Below are positions 26,518 to 38,903 of a stretch of 64,000 nt of DNA, piece after piece. The notes below the pieces were generated by a model, which searched no databases, was not told where the DNA came from, and worked only from the letters and a program-made list of their open reading frames with translations. The position numbers and the translations under genes were made by a program. The first letter of the stretch is position 1, and the number at the start of each line of letters is the position of its first letter. The DNA comes from Squalus acanthias (Eukaryota): the NCBI GenBank assembly GCA_030390025.1, contig CM059432.1:58840001-58904000 (forward strand), in the 5' to 3' direction.

Positions 26518-27917
26518 TTAGTCTCAAGTTTCAGAAATAGTGATTCTTTTCAGAACCCTGCGCAGAGTTCAAGCTGGCTGGTCCGATTATGTATCTTGTC
26601 ATCAAATGGGATCTCTTTACTGATGACCATTCTGCAGAGTGAAATTAACTCCCCTTTTTAAAAAAAAAACCTCAATGACCAAATTTCTGCAGGCAGTTGG
26701 ATAGAATTCAATAGCAGGTAGACAGATGGTCTGTTATCTTCATTGTTGAGGGGATCTGGTAACAATTTTGCAAGAACTCAATTATTACAGACTTCCCTTT
26801 GCTTAATGGTTGAAAAACTCTCTTCAGTTAGACATTTAACCTCTTAGCTTGGTAATTACTTACAAATATAATGGGAGAAACCAGTAGCAAACATAGCTTT
26901 TGGCAGGCTACAGGGAAAATTGATCCCTTATTCTTGACCTCAGTGGAATCCAAAGCCATACAGACTAGTGGATTAGATGAGAATAGCAAATTGCACGGAT
27001 GATTTGATGATCTACATTTTGGAAGGTGTTACCAGGCCCTCAATCATCTGAGATTGGGGTTGATGGCACTCAAACTAGACCTGTCCTACGGACATACGAA
27101 CAATCACAGACCGGTAAAGACCCTCTGGTCCATCGAGCCTGTCCCACACAATTGCGATGCCTTGTATCACAATATATACTCTCCACCCCACCCGAAACCA
27201 TGTGATCTCCTGGGAGAGGCAAAAAACCAGATTTTAAAAACCCAGACCAATTTGGGGGAGAAAAATCTGGAAAATTCCTCGCCAACCCATCGAAGTGATC
27301 GAAACTAGTCCAGGAGATCGCTCTGGCCCTGAATTCCCTGCAGTGCCTACCTTCTGTAAGAGGTGATCTTCTCCCCCCCCCTCCCCCAGCCAGAAACGGG
27401 TCCAGCTCTCGCTTGAAGAATCCGGCAAATCAGCATCACCGCACGAGACGGCCACTATTCTGAGGAAAAAACCCACCTTGTAACCACATCTAACCTAGAT
27501 CTTGCCTTATACAACTTAAATTTGTGACCCCGATCCTCCCTAACCTATTTAATTGGAACAAAGTCAACTAGAACAGAATCTGTTACCTTCATTATCTTAT
27601 AAACCTCAATCAAGACAAAATAGTATGCCTAGTCTTGTACTCAACTGTCCTATGGATACACCCCAACACCCTATTTACTCTTGCTATTGCTTCATGGTAT
27701 TGCTCATGTACCTTTTGAGATATATGCACTAGAATGCCCAAATCTCTCTCTCTCTTCACCCTTTTTCCCTGAAGGGTGTATGAAAGTTGAGCATTTGCCC
27801 TGTCCACATGCAAAACACTGCACTTATCCAAGTTATACATCATTTGCCAGTCATGAGCCCAATCTCCCAACACATTAAGAGCCGCTTGAAGCAGACGAGC
27901 ATCGTCTGCAGTCCTAT

Positions 27918-28277
27918 TCTGAGGGGGATTGACAGGGTTGATGCTGATATTGTTTCCCCTGGCTGAAGAGTCTAGAACTAGGGGGCATAGTCTCAGGATA
28001 AGGGGCCGGCCTTTTAAGACTGTGATGAGGAATTTCTTCACTCAGAGGGTTGTGAATCTTTGGAATTCTCTGCCCCAAAGTGCTGTGAATGCTCAAGTCA
28101 TTGAGTATATTCAAGGTTGAGCGAGATAGATTTTTGGATTCCAGAGGAATTAAGGGATATGGGGATAGGGCAGGAAAGTGGTGTTGAGGTTGAAGATCAG
28201 CCATGATCTTACTGAATGGTGGAGCAGGCTCGAGGGGCTATATGGCCTACTCCTGCCCCTAATTCTTACGTTCTTAC
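27918..28277 (+). mobile_element. nested CR1 3' end
   Basis: SRTRGHSLRIRG..RNFFTQRVVNLWNSLP; ttcttacgttcttac tail. Confidence 0.82.
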
Positions 28278-28879
28278 ACTTGCACAGATCTTAGTATCGT
28301 CTGCAAGTTTGCAGATTGTGCCCCCAACACCTACATCCAGATCACTAATAAAAACAGTAAAGAGCAACAATCCCAACACTGATCACCACTGGTGACCGGT
28401 CTCCAAACAGATCCAAATCCATCTATAACCACTTTTTGCCTACATTCTGCCTGCCTGTTCTCAATCCAGTTCAATATATTGCCACTAATACCAGAGGCTT
28501 CGATCATATAGAGAAGCCTCTTGTGCAGTACCTTATCAAAAGCTTTTTGGAAGTCTAGGCAAACAATGTCTACTGGGCTTCCCTCATCCACCAACTTCGT
28601 AACTTCTTCAAAAAAAAATACAATTAGATTTGTAAGGCATGACCTTTTTATGAAGCCGTGTTGGGTGTCCCTAATATGTCCCTCTATCCAAGCATTCATA
28701 TATTGCATCCCTAATGATTCCCTCAAGCATCTTGCCCATTACTGAGGGACCTATAGTTACCCGGGTCCGTCTTGTCACCTTTTTTAAAGATGGGGACAAC
28801 ATTAGCCTCCTTCCAGTCTATGGGAACCATTCCAGAGCGCAGTGCGCTATTAGAAATACAGGCTAGGGGTTCACACAGC

Positions 28880-29384
28880 ACAGGAAGGATGTAAAGGCCT
28901 TAGAGAGGGTTCAGAAAAGATTTGCAAGAATGGTTCCAGGGATGAGGGACTTCAGTTACGTGGATAGACTGGAGAAGCTGAGGTTGTTCTCTTGAGAGCA
29001 GAGAAGGTTGAGAGGAGATTTGATAGGTGTTCAAAATCATGAGGGGTCTGGACAGTAGATAGAGAGAAACTGTTCCCATTGGCGGAAGGGTCAAGAATCA
29101 GAGAACACAGATTTAAGGTGATTGGCAGAAGAACCAAAGGTGACATGAGGAAAAACTCTTTTACGCAGCGAGTGGTTATGATCTGGAATGCACTGCCTGA
29201 AAGGGTGGTGGAGGCAGATTCAATCATGGCATTCAAAAGGGAATTGGATAAGTACATGAAGGGGAAAAAAATTTCAGGGCTACAGGGAGAGGGCAGGGGA
29301 AGTGGGACTAGCTGAAGTGCTCTTGCAGAGAGCCAGCATGGGCCAAATGGCCTCCTTCTGTGCTGTAACCATTCTGATTCTATG
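28880..29384 (+). mobile_element. nested CR1 3' end
   Basis: FTQRVVMIWNALPERVVEA; attctgattctatg tail. Confidence 0.82.
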
Positions 29385-32039
29385 TCCCATCTCCCTGAGA
29401 ACCCTCGGGTGGATATCATCCGGCCCGGTTGCTCTATCTATTTTCAAGTTCTTAATTCTTTCTAAAACAATATGTTCATCTGTTAATATTACTAGTTTTG
29501 ATAGTAACATTATTAAATTCTAATAGTTGAATGTCATCTTCAAGAGTGAAGGCCAATGCAAAGTTAATTATTTAATATTTCTACCATACCCAGTGAGTCC
29601 ATTGTAATCTGTCCTTGAGCATCCTTCAATGGCCCAATACAGTCTCTGACAGTTCTGTGACTCTTCACATAACTGAAAAAGCTTTTCCCATTACTTCCGC
29701 AAATGTCTACGATTCTCTCTTCCATTTGCCTTTTAGCTGATCTAATAGCAGCCTTTGTTTTCTTTAGTTGTTCCTTGTACTCAGTTTAGTTGATTATTAA
29801 ATGCCTTTAATTTCTGTTTACGTCTTATTTGTCTTTGTACATAACCAGTCAGCCACCTTGGCATTCTCTTAACGCTCCCTTCTTTTGACTTTGGGTACAT
29901 ATTTGATTTCCACAATTTTATATCATGTTCTTAAATTTTCCATTTCTATTGTACATCAATCTCATCGCCATTGAGTAGGGTTAGCCAATTTACCCGTTCC
30001 AAATCATCTGCCATTTTAGTGAGGCTTGCTCTTCTGAAATCCAGTTAGAGTTGCAGATTCTCAGTACCTTTTAGCTGTACCAGCCAATTGAAACCGTCTG
30101 TTTTCAGAAAAATAAGAATTGGATTATTCTAAAACTTCTGCATTGAATAGAATGGACAAAGCTGCACCCTCCTTTTCCTGTCTCTGGTGTTCTCTTCCTG
30201 TCGGGTGGAATTCGGCCTGTTGTATGCAGAAGTTCAGATATAGCATTAACCATAACCTACTGAACCAGGGTTGCCTGAGCATAGTTGAGCCTTATGAAAT
30301 TTGACTTGTTCATTGGCAATCTAATACAGTTTCTCCAAATCTTTTGTGCTTCTAACAAGCACCAAGGTCAAACTGAAAATTCTGTTTTGGTTACATTTAC
30401 CTCGAACTGTACCTCTGGCACTAAATATACTGAAAGCAAAATGTATACTTGGAAAATATATCTCTCTTCCTATACTGACCGTGCAGTAAACTTCGAGGAA
30501 GAGCAGTGATGCAAAAGCCCTGTAATTTTTTAACGAACCGTTGGATGCTGAAATGAGGTACCCTTAGGGTCTTTTTGGATGAATGAACTAAAATGGCCTT
30601 CCTTAGCACTAATTACCTGATGATCAGCTGAACATTTCTTGGGCTTTTGATTGGTATAATTGCAAAGCTGAATCTTGAGTAGATAAGTGATCATTATACC
30701 ATAAAGATTAGTTTATGATTAACAACTTGCGTGATTTGGTTATGGTAAGGAAACATTCATAATTGATTATACTTAGCTTGAAGTTGACATTGATGAGCTC
30801 CAGATATTAAAAACTCTCGTGCATTTGATGCAATTTTTTTGGTAAATTGAACCACGAGGGAAGTTACCAAAGGTATTTGATCTCATTTGTAATACTTCTA
30901 TAAATCTGCATTGCATTTAGTATGCAGTAAAAACATAATTTCCTGAGATTTCATTATTTTCATCTGCATGCCTCCCTTTGGTCATTAGTAGTGATTTAAA
31001 CAAAACTTAGCTCAAAAAAGGTAATTTGCTTGTGGCTTTAATAGTGTAATAGATCAATTGCTAGATGGCTCGGGATAATGAGAATTTTAATTCAGATTTC
31101 TAATAAAAATGAAATCTCATTTTAGAAATAATCAGAATGCAACTGTCTAAAATCATGAACAGTATAAACTGCAGGAAGTACAAATAATTTTCATCAGACT
31201 TGAATTGTTAACTAATGAGTTATGACCAAAATGAAATTGCTGCTTCCACAGGATCTTTGTACAACTAATTTTTGGAAGCTTTCTTCCCCCCCCCCCCCCT
31301 CCCCCAATGTGTATTTAGTACATTAGAAAAACCACTTCCATTATTAGTTGTACATAAAAGAATGATAATTGGAGATAAGTGAGAGTCTTCAGATTAGTGT
31401 ATACTGCTGATTGGTCTGCCTCTCCCCACCTCAGTCCTCTCTCAACTTTTACCTGTTACTCCTGCCAAGCTGTGGGCTAATTGATCAGCTATCACGGAAC
31501 TATCTGATCTTTCCATCAAGAGGAGCTTGCTCTAAAACAAAAAAAACTGGTAGCCACAACTTCCATTGGCCTCATCTGTGAACATTCTCAAATAGTAGGA
31601 CAGATAATCGAGGTTTCATTGTACTCCCATTACCAGGCTGAAATCTGCTAACTCATCACAAACCAAGGCTTGCCAAAGGGTCAAACAATCCAATCTAAAC
31701 CATACAGATCAGGAGCGTTTCCATGACATGCTATTCTTTATTCAATGAAGTATTATTTAGAAAACTTTTCTGGCAGCTGTAAGTTTGTGTGCAGGGATCT
31801 GTTTGAGGTATGAAAAGTGAGAATAGCATGCCAGTCTGCCAGTGTTCATGGTAATGAAGTTACTTTTTAGTGCAAAAAACAACTCTGAATTATTAGGAGT
31901 AGACTGTAGTCATTAAGTATCCTTATAAAGAAATATTGATTGTTGTCATAATACTTGCCACATTTGTTGATAAATTAGTCATTAAAACTTTTCAGATCAT
32001 GCTGACCTTGAACTTTAATCTAATTGCATTTGTTTTCAG

Positions 32040-32201
32040 CAAGGACAACAGTTGTACAGACACATTTATCTGGGTTGTAAAGAAGATGATAATGAACAGA
32101 AAAACTTTGAATCCCTTTTTGTTGCTCTTTTACTCATCACAATTGAACTGGCCAATGATGAAGTGATCATAGATTTGATTCGTCTTGCTCTTGCCATGCA
32201 G
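32040..32201 (+). CDS. EFR3A: EFR3A internal exon (QGQQLYRHIYLGCKEDDNEQKNFESLFVALLLITIELANDEVIIDLIRLALAMQ)
   Basis: gttttcAG acceptor, GTACTT donor; 162 bp, phase 0; overlaps ORF-track 32052..32234. Confidence 0.95.
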
Positions 32202-32428
32202 GTACTTGCTACACAAACCTGTCCAAGTTTATAGTTTTCGGAAATGGTTACTTTGTAATTAATTACCTTTAATTAGTATAATGTTGACATTAATGCAGAC
32301 TAGCTTATTTTATATTGCACTATACACAGTGTGAAACCAGGCAATGCCTGTACTACGTAATCTTGTAAACCTTGCCCATCGAAGAAGCGGTGTGTACTGG
32401 CCCAAGCTGCTGTTATATTGGGAATCTA

Positions 32429-33100
32429 GGCCAAGGGGTTTCCGCTTTGGGTGCAATCTGTGATCTGGGCATAAATTGCACTCAAAACTGAGCTAGTTTT
32501 GCCAAGTGAATTTTTGCTCAAGTTTCAGCTCAACGCTCATTTGCATATTGCCAAACACACAATCTTCCATGAACCAGCGCGATAAGGTATTATTGAGTGG
32601 TAACCTAGTGCAGTTTTATTAATCTAGATGAAAATGGGTTTATCACAGAAGATAAGTATTTTTAATCAGCCTGTCTAGTCTGCCACCTGTGAGTAACCCT
32701 ATTTTAAATAACTGAAAATGACTTTAAAAAACCATTTACTACTTGCATTGGTGTACAGTAGTCAGTTTCATAATTAAAAAAAAAAAATTTTTTTTAAAGG
32801 TGCCTATTAGCGCACTTGCTCCAAAAAAAGCTTAATTTTAAGAGCCTCTTTGAAGGACCGCAAAGAAGCGCAATTAGCGGAAACTCGCGATGGTGATTAA
32901 TTCAATCTGGGGCGTGGGCAGGGCTGGCCTCCAGCGCGATGTTTTTTAAACTAGTGCAAAACATTGCAGAAACTCTATTTACGCTGAACATAATTTGCAC
33001 TTGAAATGCCTCTTTTTATATGCTGGTTTGGCCGATTTTTTTATATGCTGGTTTGGCCGATTTTGAGCGAACCAGCACAACCTAGCGGAAACTCCAGGCC
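32429..33100. mobile_element. Harbinger-like MITE
   Basis: TIR ggccaaggggtttccgct / agcggaaactccaggcc; flanks cta/tta. Confidence 0.55.
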
Positions 33101-33564
33101 TTAAAATACAGTTACACTGAACCCTGAATAGGTGATTTCATTATTTTGCAATACTACTTGAAGACAAATGTTGTTTGGGAAAAGTGTTCACAATAACTCG
33201 TGGTGGATGATAACTACAGATTTGATAATTTGTTTGAAAATAACTCCATAATGTCATATTAACTGTTTCTAGCCATCTTTTTCATCGTTTGCTAATATAT
33301 GTATAACAAGAGCACTCATCAGTAGCAATACATCACTGAGTTAATTTAGTTCATGAGAAAGCCTCCGTAATTCACTTGTGCCTGTGGCATTAGTAAGTCA
33401 TGCTTTTCACATTGAAATTCAGTGATGCATTACCATACATCAGAAGTAAAATATTAACTTGCTGTACCCTTCCTGATTTGCAAAAGGTCACAACTTTCAG
33501 GAGCACATTCTAAAAAGATTTAGTAATTGCTTTATTTCTAATGTATTTTTCTGTTTCATACTAG

Positions 33565-33696
33565 GATTTGGCTGTTACTAATGAAGATAATTTACCCATG
33601 TACAACCGATGTGCCATACTGGCTCTGGTGGCTGCATACTTGAACTTTCTGAGTCAGATGATTGCAGTACCAGCTTTTTGTCAATATGTCAATAAG
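33565..33696 (+). CDS. EFR3A: EFR3A internal exon (DLAVTNEDNLPMYNRCAILALVAAYLNFLSQMIAVPAFCQYVNK)
   Basis: catactAG acceptor, GTTAGT donor; 132 bp, phase 0; overlaps ORF-track 33568..33756. Confidence 0.95.
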
Positions 33697-34023
33697 GTTA
33701 GTAGTTTAGTTTTAGATATTCGCTGTCTACGCTTACGTGAAGAATGGCCACTTTGATAAGGTACCAGAGGACTGCTGGTGCCCACAGAACAGTACCTCAA
33801 CATGAGTCATTGGCTGCAGGAGACAGAAGTATTTTTTACTTGCAAGATGGTATTTTGTATTTTAGATTTTATATCAAGGTCTGTTTCAACACTTTTTAGC
33901 AGATATATTGAATTAAAAATATTTATATTATTAATTAACTTATTATAACCTACCTGTTACACCTGTAGGTGGTCCTATGTTGGGCTTTTTCAATGTTAAA
34001 GTAGTCTTGCTGTGTAACATGTA

Positions 34024-34614
34024 GGGGGCGGAATCTTAACATCCCCCTGCCCTGTGGAGAATGTGTGGGGAGTAGTTAAAATGCAGCGGGGGGGCCTTGC
34101 AGACTGCCTTCCCACCACAATCTGGCTGACTGCAATTTTAAATTGCAGGCGGCAAGGGCCCTCACCTGAAGTTGGTAGTGTCCTTTAAATGTGCAGATTA
34201 AGCTCCAATAGCATCATCAGGGCCCAACTGCAATATAACCTGAAGCCCGGGTGGCAGAGCAGTAGAGGTTTCCCCGCCAGGCTAAACGCTGCCGAGAGCT
34301 AGATCAGGGGCCAGAAGAGACCTCGGTAATTAAAAAAAAAAAAAATGTCTTATGTGCCAACAGGAGCAGGAAGACTTGCTTCATCCGACCCCCAAATCCA
34401 CATACCTGACCGCCAACGACCATTCCGTCGGGTTCTCGGCAGCGGCCCCCTGCCACCCAAATTCTCACTACGTTCAGGTGGGAGTCCAATCTACCTTCTG
34501 GAAATGAGGCCCTGAACTGAAATCTCTCTGAGCCTCGGGTGGCCCAGAGAGCTTGCCACTTGCTCCACCACCCGCCCCCCACCCCACACGCATGGATCCT
34601 ATAAATTTGCACCC
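34024..34614. mobile_element. probable degenerate Harbinger-like MITE
   Basis: GC-rich island in AT-rich intron; ends ggggcggaatctta / ataaatttgcaccc; related sequence at ~47940-48380. Confidence 0.38.
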
Positions 34615-35249
34615 ATAATGGCTGCAGCTTTATAGTGAGAGCTTTGACTGGCATTACTTCCTACAGAATTTGTCCTATGTCAGCTCCTTTTAATCTGTTG
34701 CAAGCCTGGGAGCTGAACATAATTATTAAAGTTAAGCTGATCCTGGAAATTGCTAATTTTACCCCATTGTTATTCCACTCAGGTTTTTACTCAAGAAGAA
34801 ACTAGTCCAGGATATGCAATAGGGAACTGTAAAATAGCTAATTTCATCCACAAGAGATGAAGACCTGGTGGCTATTGAGCCGGTTAACTGGGCGGCATTC
34901 TTATATTCATTATCAGGTCTTCATCTCTTGTAAAGTTATATTCTCCAGTTCTTGTCCTCTGCACTGAACTTTATAGTACACAGTAGAAGATAACCCATTA
35001 AGGCACATGGTAACAGCTAATTTCAGCCAGTACACCCCATCTACGGTGCCAGAACAATAACTTCATAGCATGGGTATTATTTGAATATTTACAAGTGAAA
35101 ACTATTCATCCTCCAATGTTACATGAATATCATTTTGCTCAGATTCAAGTAGATGTCCTCTGGTGAAATTAGGAGTATAGTTTGACATTTTTGGGTAATG
35201 TATAGAATCGTCCCACTTAAGTATTATATAGTTCCTTTGCTTTTTTAAG

Positions 35250-35317
35250 GTGATTGAAGTGAGAAGCAAAGAAGCACCATATCTTCTGCCTGAAAATATC
35301 TCCAGAGAAAAGTATGT
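35250..35317 (+). CDS. EFR3A: EFR3A internal exon (VIEVRSKEAPYLLPENISREKY-V)
   Basis: ttttttaAG acceptor, GTGAGT donor; 68 bp, phase 0 to 2; human VIEIRTMEAPYFLPEHIFRDKC. Confidence 0.9.
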
Positions 35318-35395
35318 GTGAGTAGATGTCTCTTTGGAAATTAAGTTGAATTCTAGTGTTTATTTTGATCTAACGAAGGGAGCAAACTAATCAGG

Positions 35396-35398
<3 letters not shown>

Positions 35399-35470
<72 letters not shown>
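35399..35470. repeat. (TA)36 microsatellite
   Basis: perfect TA run starting ~80 bp after the exon donor. Confidence 0.97.
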
Positions 35471-35472
<2 letters not shown>

Positions 35473-36163
35473 AAGGACAATGAGAAATCCTGCTTGCACA
35501 TAGTTTTTTAAAAATATTGTATGAAAAGTTCTGTATATACTTCAATGATATGAATAATCCTGAAGATCAGATCTTAATTAAAATTACTGTATTTGGATTC
35601 AATCTATAAAGATGCAGGTTTAGTTTAAGGTGTCCACTCACTAAATGCGCTGATAAAGGATAATGAGCATACAAAAATGATGAACATGCTAGAATGGCCA
35701 GCTGGTCTTTTCCTGTCCCAAACAGTTATATTGCAATTAAACACCTTTGGTGCTTCCACGCACCAGCAGCCATGTCATCTCGTGGGAGAGGCAAAAAAAG
35801 CCCTGGGCCAGTTCAAGGAAAAGGAATCCTGTGAAATTCTTCTCCGACCACCAATGGTGATCAAAACGAGTTCCAGGAGATTACAGTGAACCATGAGGCA
35901 CATCACCTAACACCCCAACTACCTTTTGTACGCAGTGATACCCGCCTCGGCCAGGAACACGTCCGGTTCCCATTTGATCATTTGTAGCGAATCTGCACTC
36001 GCTGCGTAAGCCGGCAACTTGTTCGGGAGGTCAATCACCTTTTGTGAAAAGAAAAACCTCCTGACATCTAACCAAATTCTATGTTTGCGTATCTTGTATG
36101 CCAAGAATAAAAAGATGCAACTCTCTAAGCCTATTGTGATAACCAAGTGCTTTAAAACTAGGT

Positions 36164-37070
36164 CGTCTTCTTAGGCAGTCCCTCGGAACCGAGGATGACT
36201 TACTTCCACATTAAAAATGAGTTCGCAGGTGACTGATGAGTCCAATGCAGGACCTACAGTCTCTGTTACAGGTGGAGCAGACGGTGGTTGAAGGGGCGGG
36301 TGGGTGGGGTGCTTGGGTTGACGTGCGCTTTCTGCGCTTAGCTTCTGCTTGCTCCCGGCGAAGAGACTCAAGGTGTTCAGCGCCTTCCTGGATGCTTCTC
36401 CTCCACTTTGTGCGGTCTTGGGCCAGGGATTGCCAGGTGTCGGTGGGGATGTTGCACTTTTTCAAGGAGGCTTTGAGGGTGTCCTTGAAGCGTTTCCTCT
36501 GCCCACCTGGGGCTCTCTTGCCGTGCCGGAGCTCCGAGTAGAGCGCTTGTTTTGGGAGTCTCGTATCGGGCATGCGGACAATGTGACCCGTCCATCGGAG
36601 CTGATCGAGCGTGGTCAAAGCTTCGATGCTGGGGATGTTGGCCTGAGCAAGAACACTGACGTTGGTGCGCCTATCCTGCCAATGGATTTGCAGGATCTTG
36701 CGGAGGCAGCGTTGTTGGTACCTCTCCAGTGCTTTGAGGTGCCTGCTGTACATGGTCCATGTCTCTGAGGCATACAGCAGGGCGGGTATCACTACTGCTC
36801 TGTAGACCATGAGCTTAGTGCCGGGTTTGAGGTCCTGGTCTTCAAACACTCTTCCTCAGGCGACCGAAGGCTGCACTGGCACACTGAAGGCGGTGTTGGA
36901 CTTCGTCGTCGACGTCTGCCCTTGTTAACAGTAGGCTCCCGAGGTATGGAAAGTGGTCCACGTTGTCCAAGGCCTTGTCGTGGATTTTGATAATTGGGAG
37001 GCAGTACTGTGTGGCGAGGGCAGGTTGGTAGAGGACCTTTCTCTTACGGATGTTTAGTGTAAGGCACTAA
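36164..37070 (-). mobile_element. 5'-truncated RTE-clade LINE
   Basis: ORF 36211..36849 (YRAVVIPALLYASETW, QLRWTGHIVRMPDTRLPKQ, GGQRKRFKD, C2H2 end CSTC..HLRTH); 10-bp TSD aaaactaggt (36154-36163, 37071-37080). Confidence 0.92.
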
Positions 37071-37330
37071 AAAACTAGGTATCATTCTAGTGGCCCTCTT
37101 AAACCTTTTCCAGGGCCGATCTCCTGCCATGTGAGGGGTCCAAAGGTGGACACCGTGTTCTGGATGAGGCCTAAACAAGGTCTTATACAAGGACATTATA
37201 GTGCTCTTCGTTTTATATTCAATCATCCTAGCAGTACATCCCAGTACTCTCTTAGCCTTCACTATAGCGTTGCAGCACTGATTCCGAATTTTTAGAGGCT
37301 CACGCTCAATAAAACATATGCTCTTTCCCA

Positions 37331-37471
37331 ATGCAAAAGCAAAATATTGCAGATGCTGGATATCTGAAATTAAAAACAGAAAATGCTGGAAATACTCAGC
37401 AGGTCAGGCAGCATCTGTGGAGAGAGAAACAGAGTTAACATTTCAGGTCGATGACCTTTCATCCGAACAAT
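37331..37471 (-). mobile_element. short Penelope-type repeat with degenerate hammerhead (37434-37468)
   Basis: minus strand GTT-CGGATGA-A-AGGTC(atc)GACCT-GAAATGT-T-AAC; TSD ctctttccca/ctctttcgca; same family as 50204-50409. Confidence 0.72.
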
Positions 37472-38903
37472 CTCTTTCGCACGGAACCAATGTTAGTTCG
37501 GAGCCCTGCAGGTTATGTACATGTCTGGCGTTGGCCCTTCCTACATGCGTAACACCAGATTTAGCAACTTTAAATGTCATCTGCTAGATATGGGTCCATT
37601 CCTCCATTGCATCTAGATCTTAATTGTTTTTTTTTTTCAACCAGGGTTGCTAGGATCTATTTTGACATTCACATTGCATATAATACAAATATAAGATAGT
37701 TGCTCAAGGTTTGGAAAAGTCATTTACTATCTGCTGTAACTTAAAGACATCACTAGCTATTTGCTGAAATATAGAAAATTATCAAACAGGTTGATGCTTG
37801 TTAAACCTGTCTGAGTGAATCTGACGCCAATTTCTTGTAAATGTGAAGACCTGGAAATATTAAACAAAAAAAAAATCAATTTTGACTTTTTTAAATTTCA
37901 ACTTCATCTGTGGACTTTGAACAGTAGGAGAAATATTATAAGTTGCATTTAGTTCTCAATTTTTTAATACAAATTCTATAAATCCAATCACATATAGATA
38001 AGTAATTGGAAAAACCCACAAGACCTTTATTTCATTTGCCTTATAATAACAATGATGGCCATTTTCATCAAATTCTTTATCCTGACTCAACATCATTTGC
38101 ATCTGATCTCCAATGGAATCCTATTGTGTTTTCTATTTTCTAATATTGTGCAATGAAATTCTTTTTTTATGGCTCCCAAAAGCAATCAAAAACTTATCTT
38201 TAATTAGTACGGTCACTGGTTTTTAATGACTGGATAAATCAAATTCTGTATTTATTACATGGAATTATGGAATTTTTACTGTTTTTTTCAGAGTTGCATC
38301 CTGTGATTCTGTCTTTTTCTGTGAAAAATGGAAAAACCATACAAATTAGTGACAAAGCTGGTTCTGCACAAAGCTTGAAACAAAAACCTTTGATGACCTG
38401 TTGGTCTGATCATTAATAACTTTTTCTATTTTTATGAACTATATGATAGATGTATCAAATATTGCATTTATATCTGATCGCTGTCAATGGGATCTTGATA
38501 CTTGTATATTCAGTTTATAAAATAGTAGGATCTATTTTACAAATGGTAGTGCTTAATGTTTTCTTCTAGTAATTTGAAATTCTACTATAGTATGGGAAAA
38601 ATGGCTGAGAATTTTGCCATTGATTAAAATAATGTGGGATAAACAAAATCAAGGTGTAATTCTGCAAACGACAACTTGCATTTATATAGCGCCTTAAAAT
38701 AGTAACACATCCCAAGGCATTTCACAGGAGCGTTACCAAGTAAAATTACGAGCCACATGAGATATTAGGACAGAGGTAGGTTTTAAGAAGCGTCTTAAAG
38801 GGGAAGAGGGGTAGATAGGTGAAGAGGCTGAAGGAGGGAATTCCAGAGCCTTGGGCCTAGGCAGCTGAAGACATGACCACCAATGGTGGAACGATTAAAA
38901 TCA

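Larger units (their letters stand above)
27088..30045 (-). mobile_element. CR1 LINE carrying two sense-oriented CR1 3'-end insertions
   Basis: ORFs 28331..28726 (LDFQKAFDKV) and 27610.. (MYNLDKCSVLH); ATGPDDIHPRVL at ~29400-29440. Confidence 0.8.
35745..37620 (-). mobile_element. CR1 3' fragment interrupted by RTE and Penelope-type insertions
   Basis: YKIRKHRIWLDVRRFFFSQKV; AKRVLGCTARMIEYK; same subfamily as 60475-61045. Confidence 0.8.

Noticed and set aside
31400..31700. Possible old SINE relic (similar sequence at ~63560-63695)
   Set aside because: Too degenerate to delimit or name from sequence alone
24926..33064. Short tandem duplications (caatgtatttgaga x2 at ~24926; tttatatgctggtttggccgatttt x2 at ~33015)
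   Set aside because: Two-copy slippage events, not spacer arrays or CRISPR
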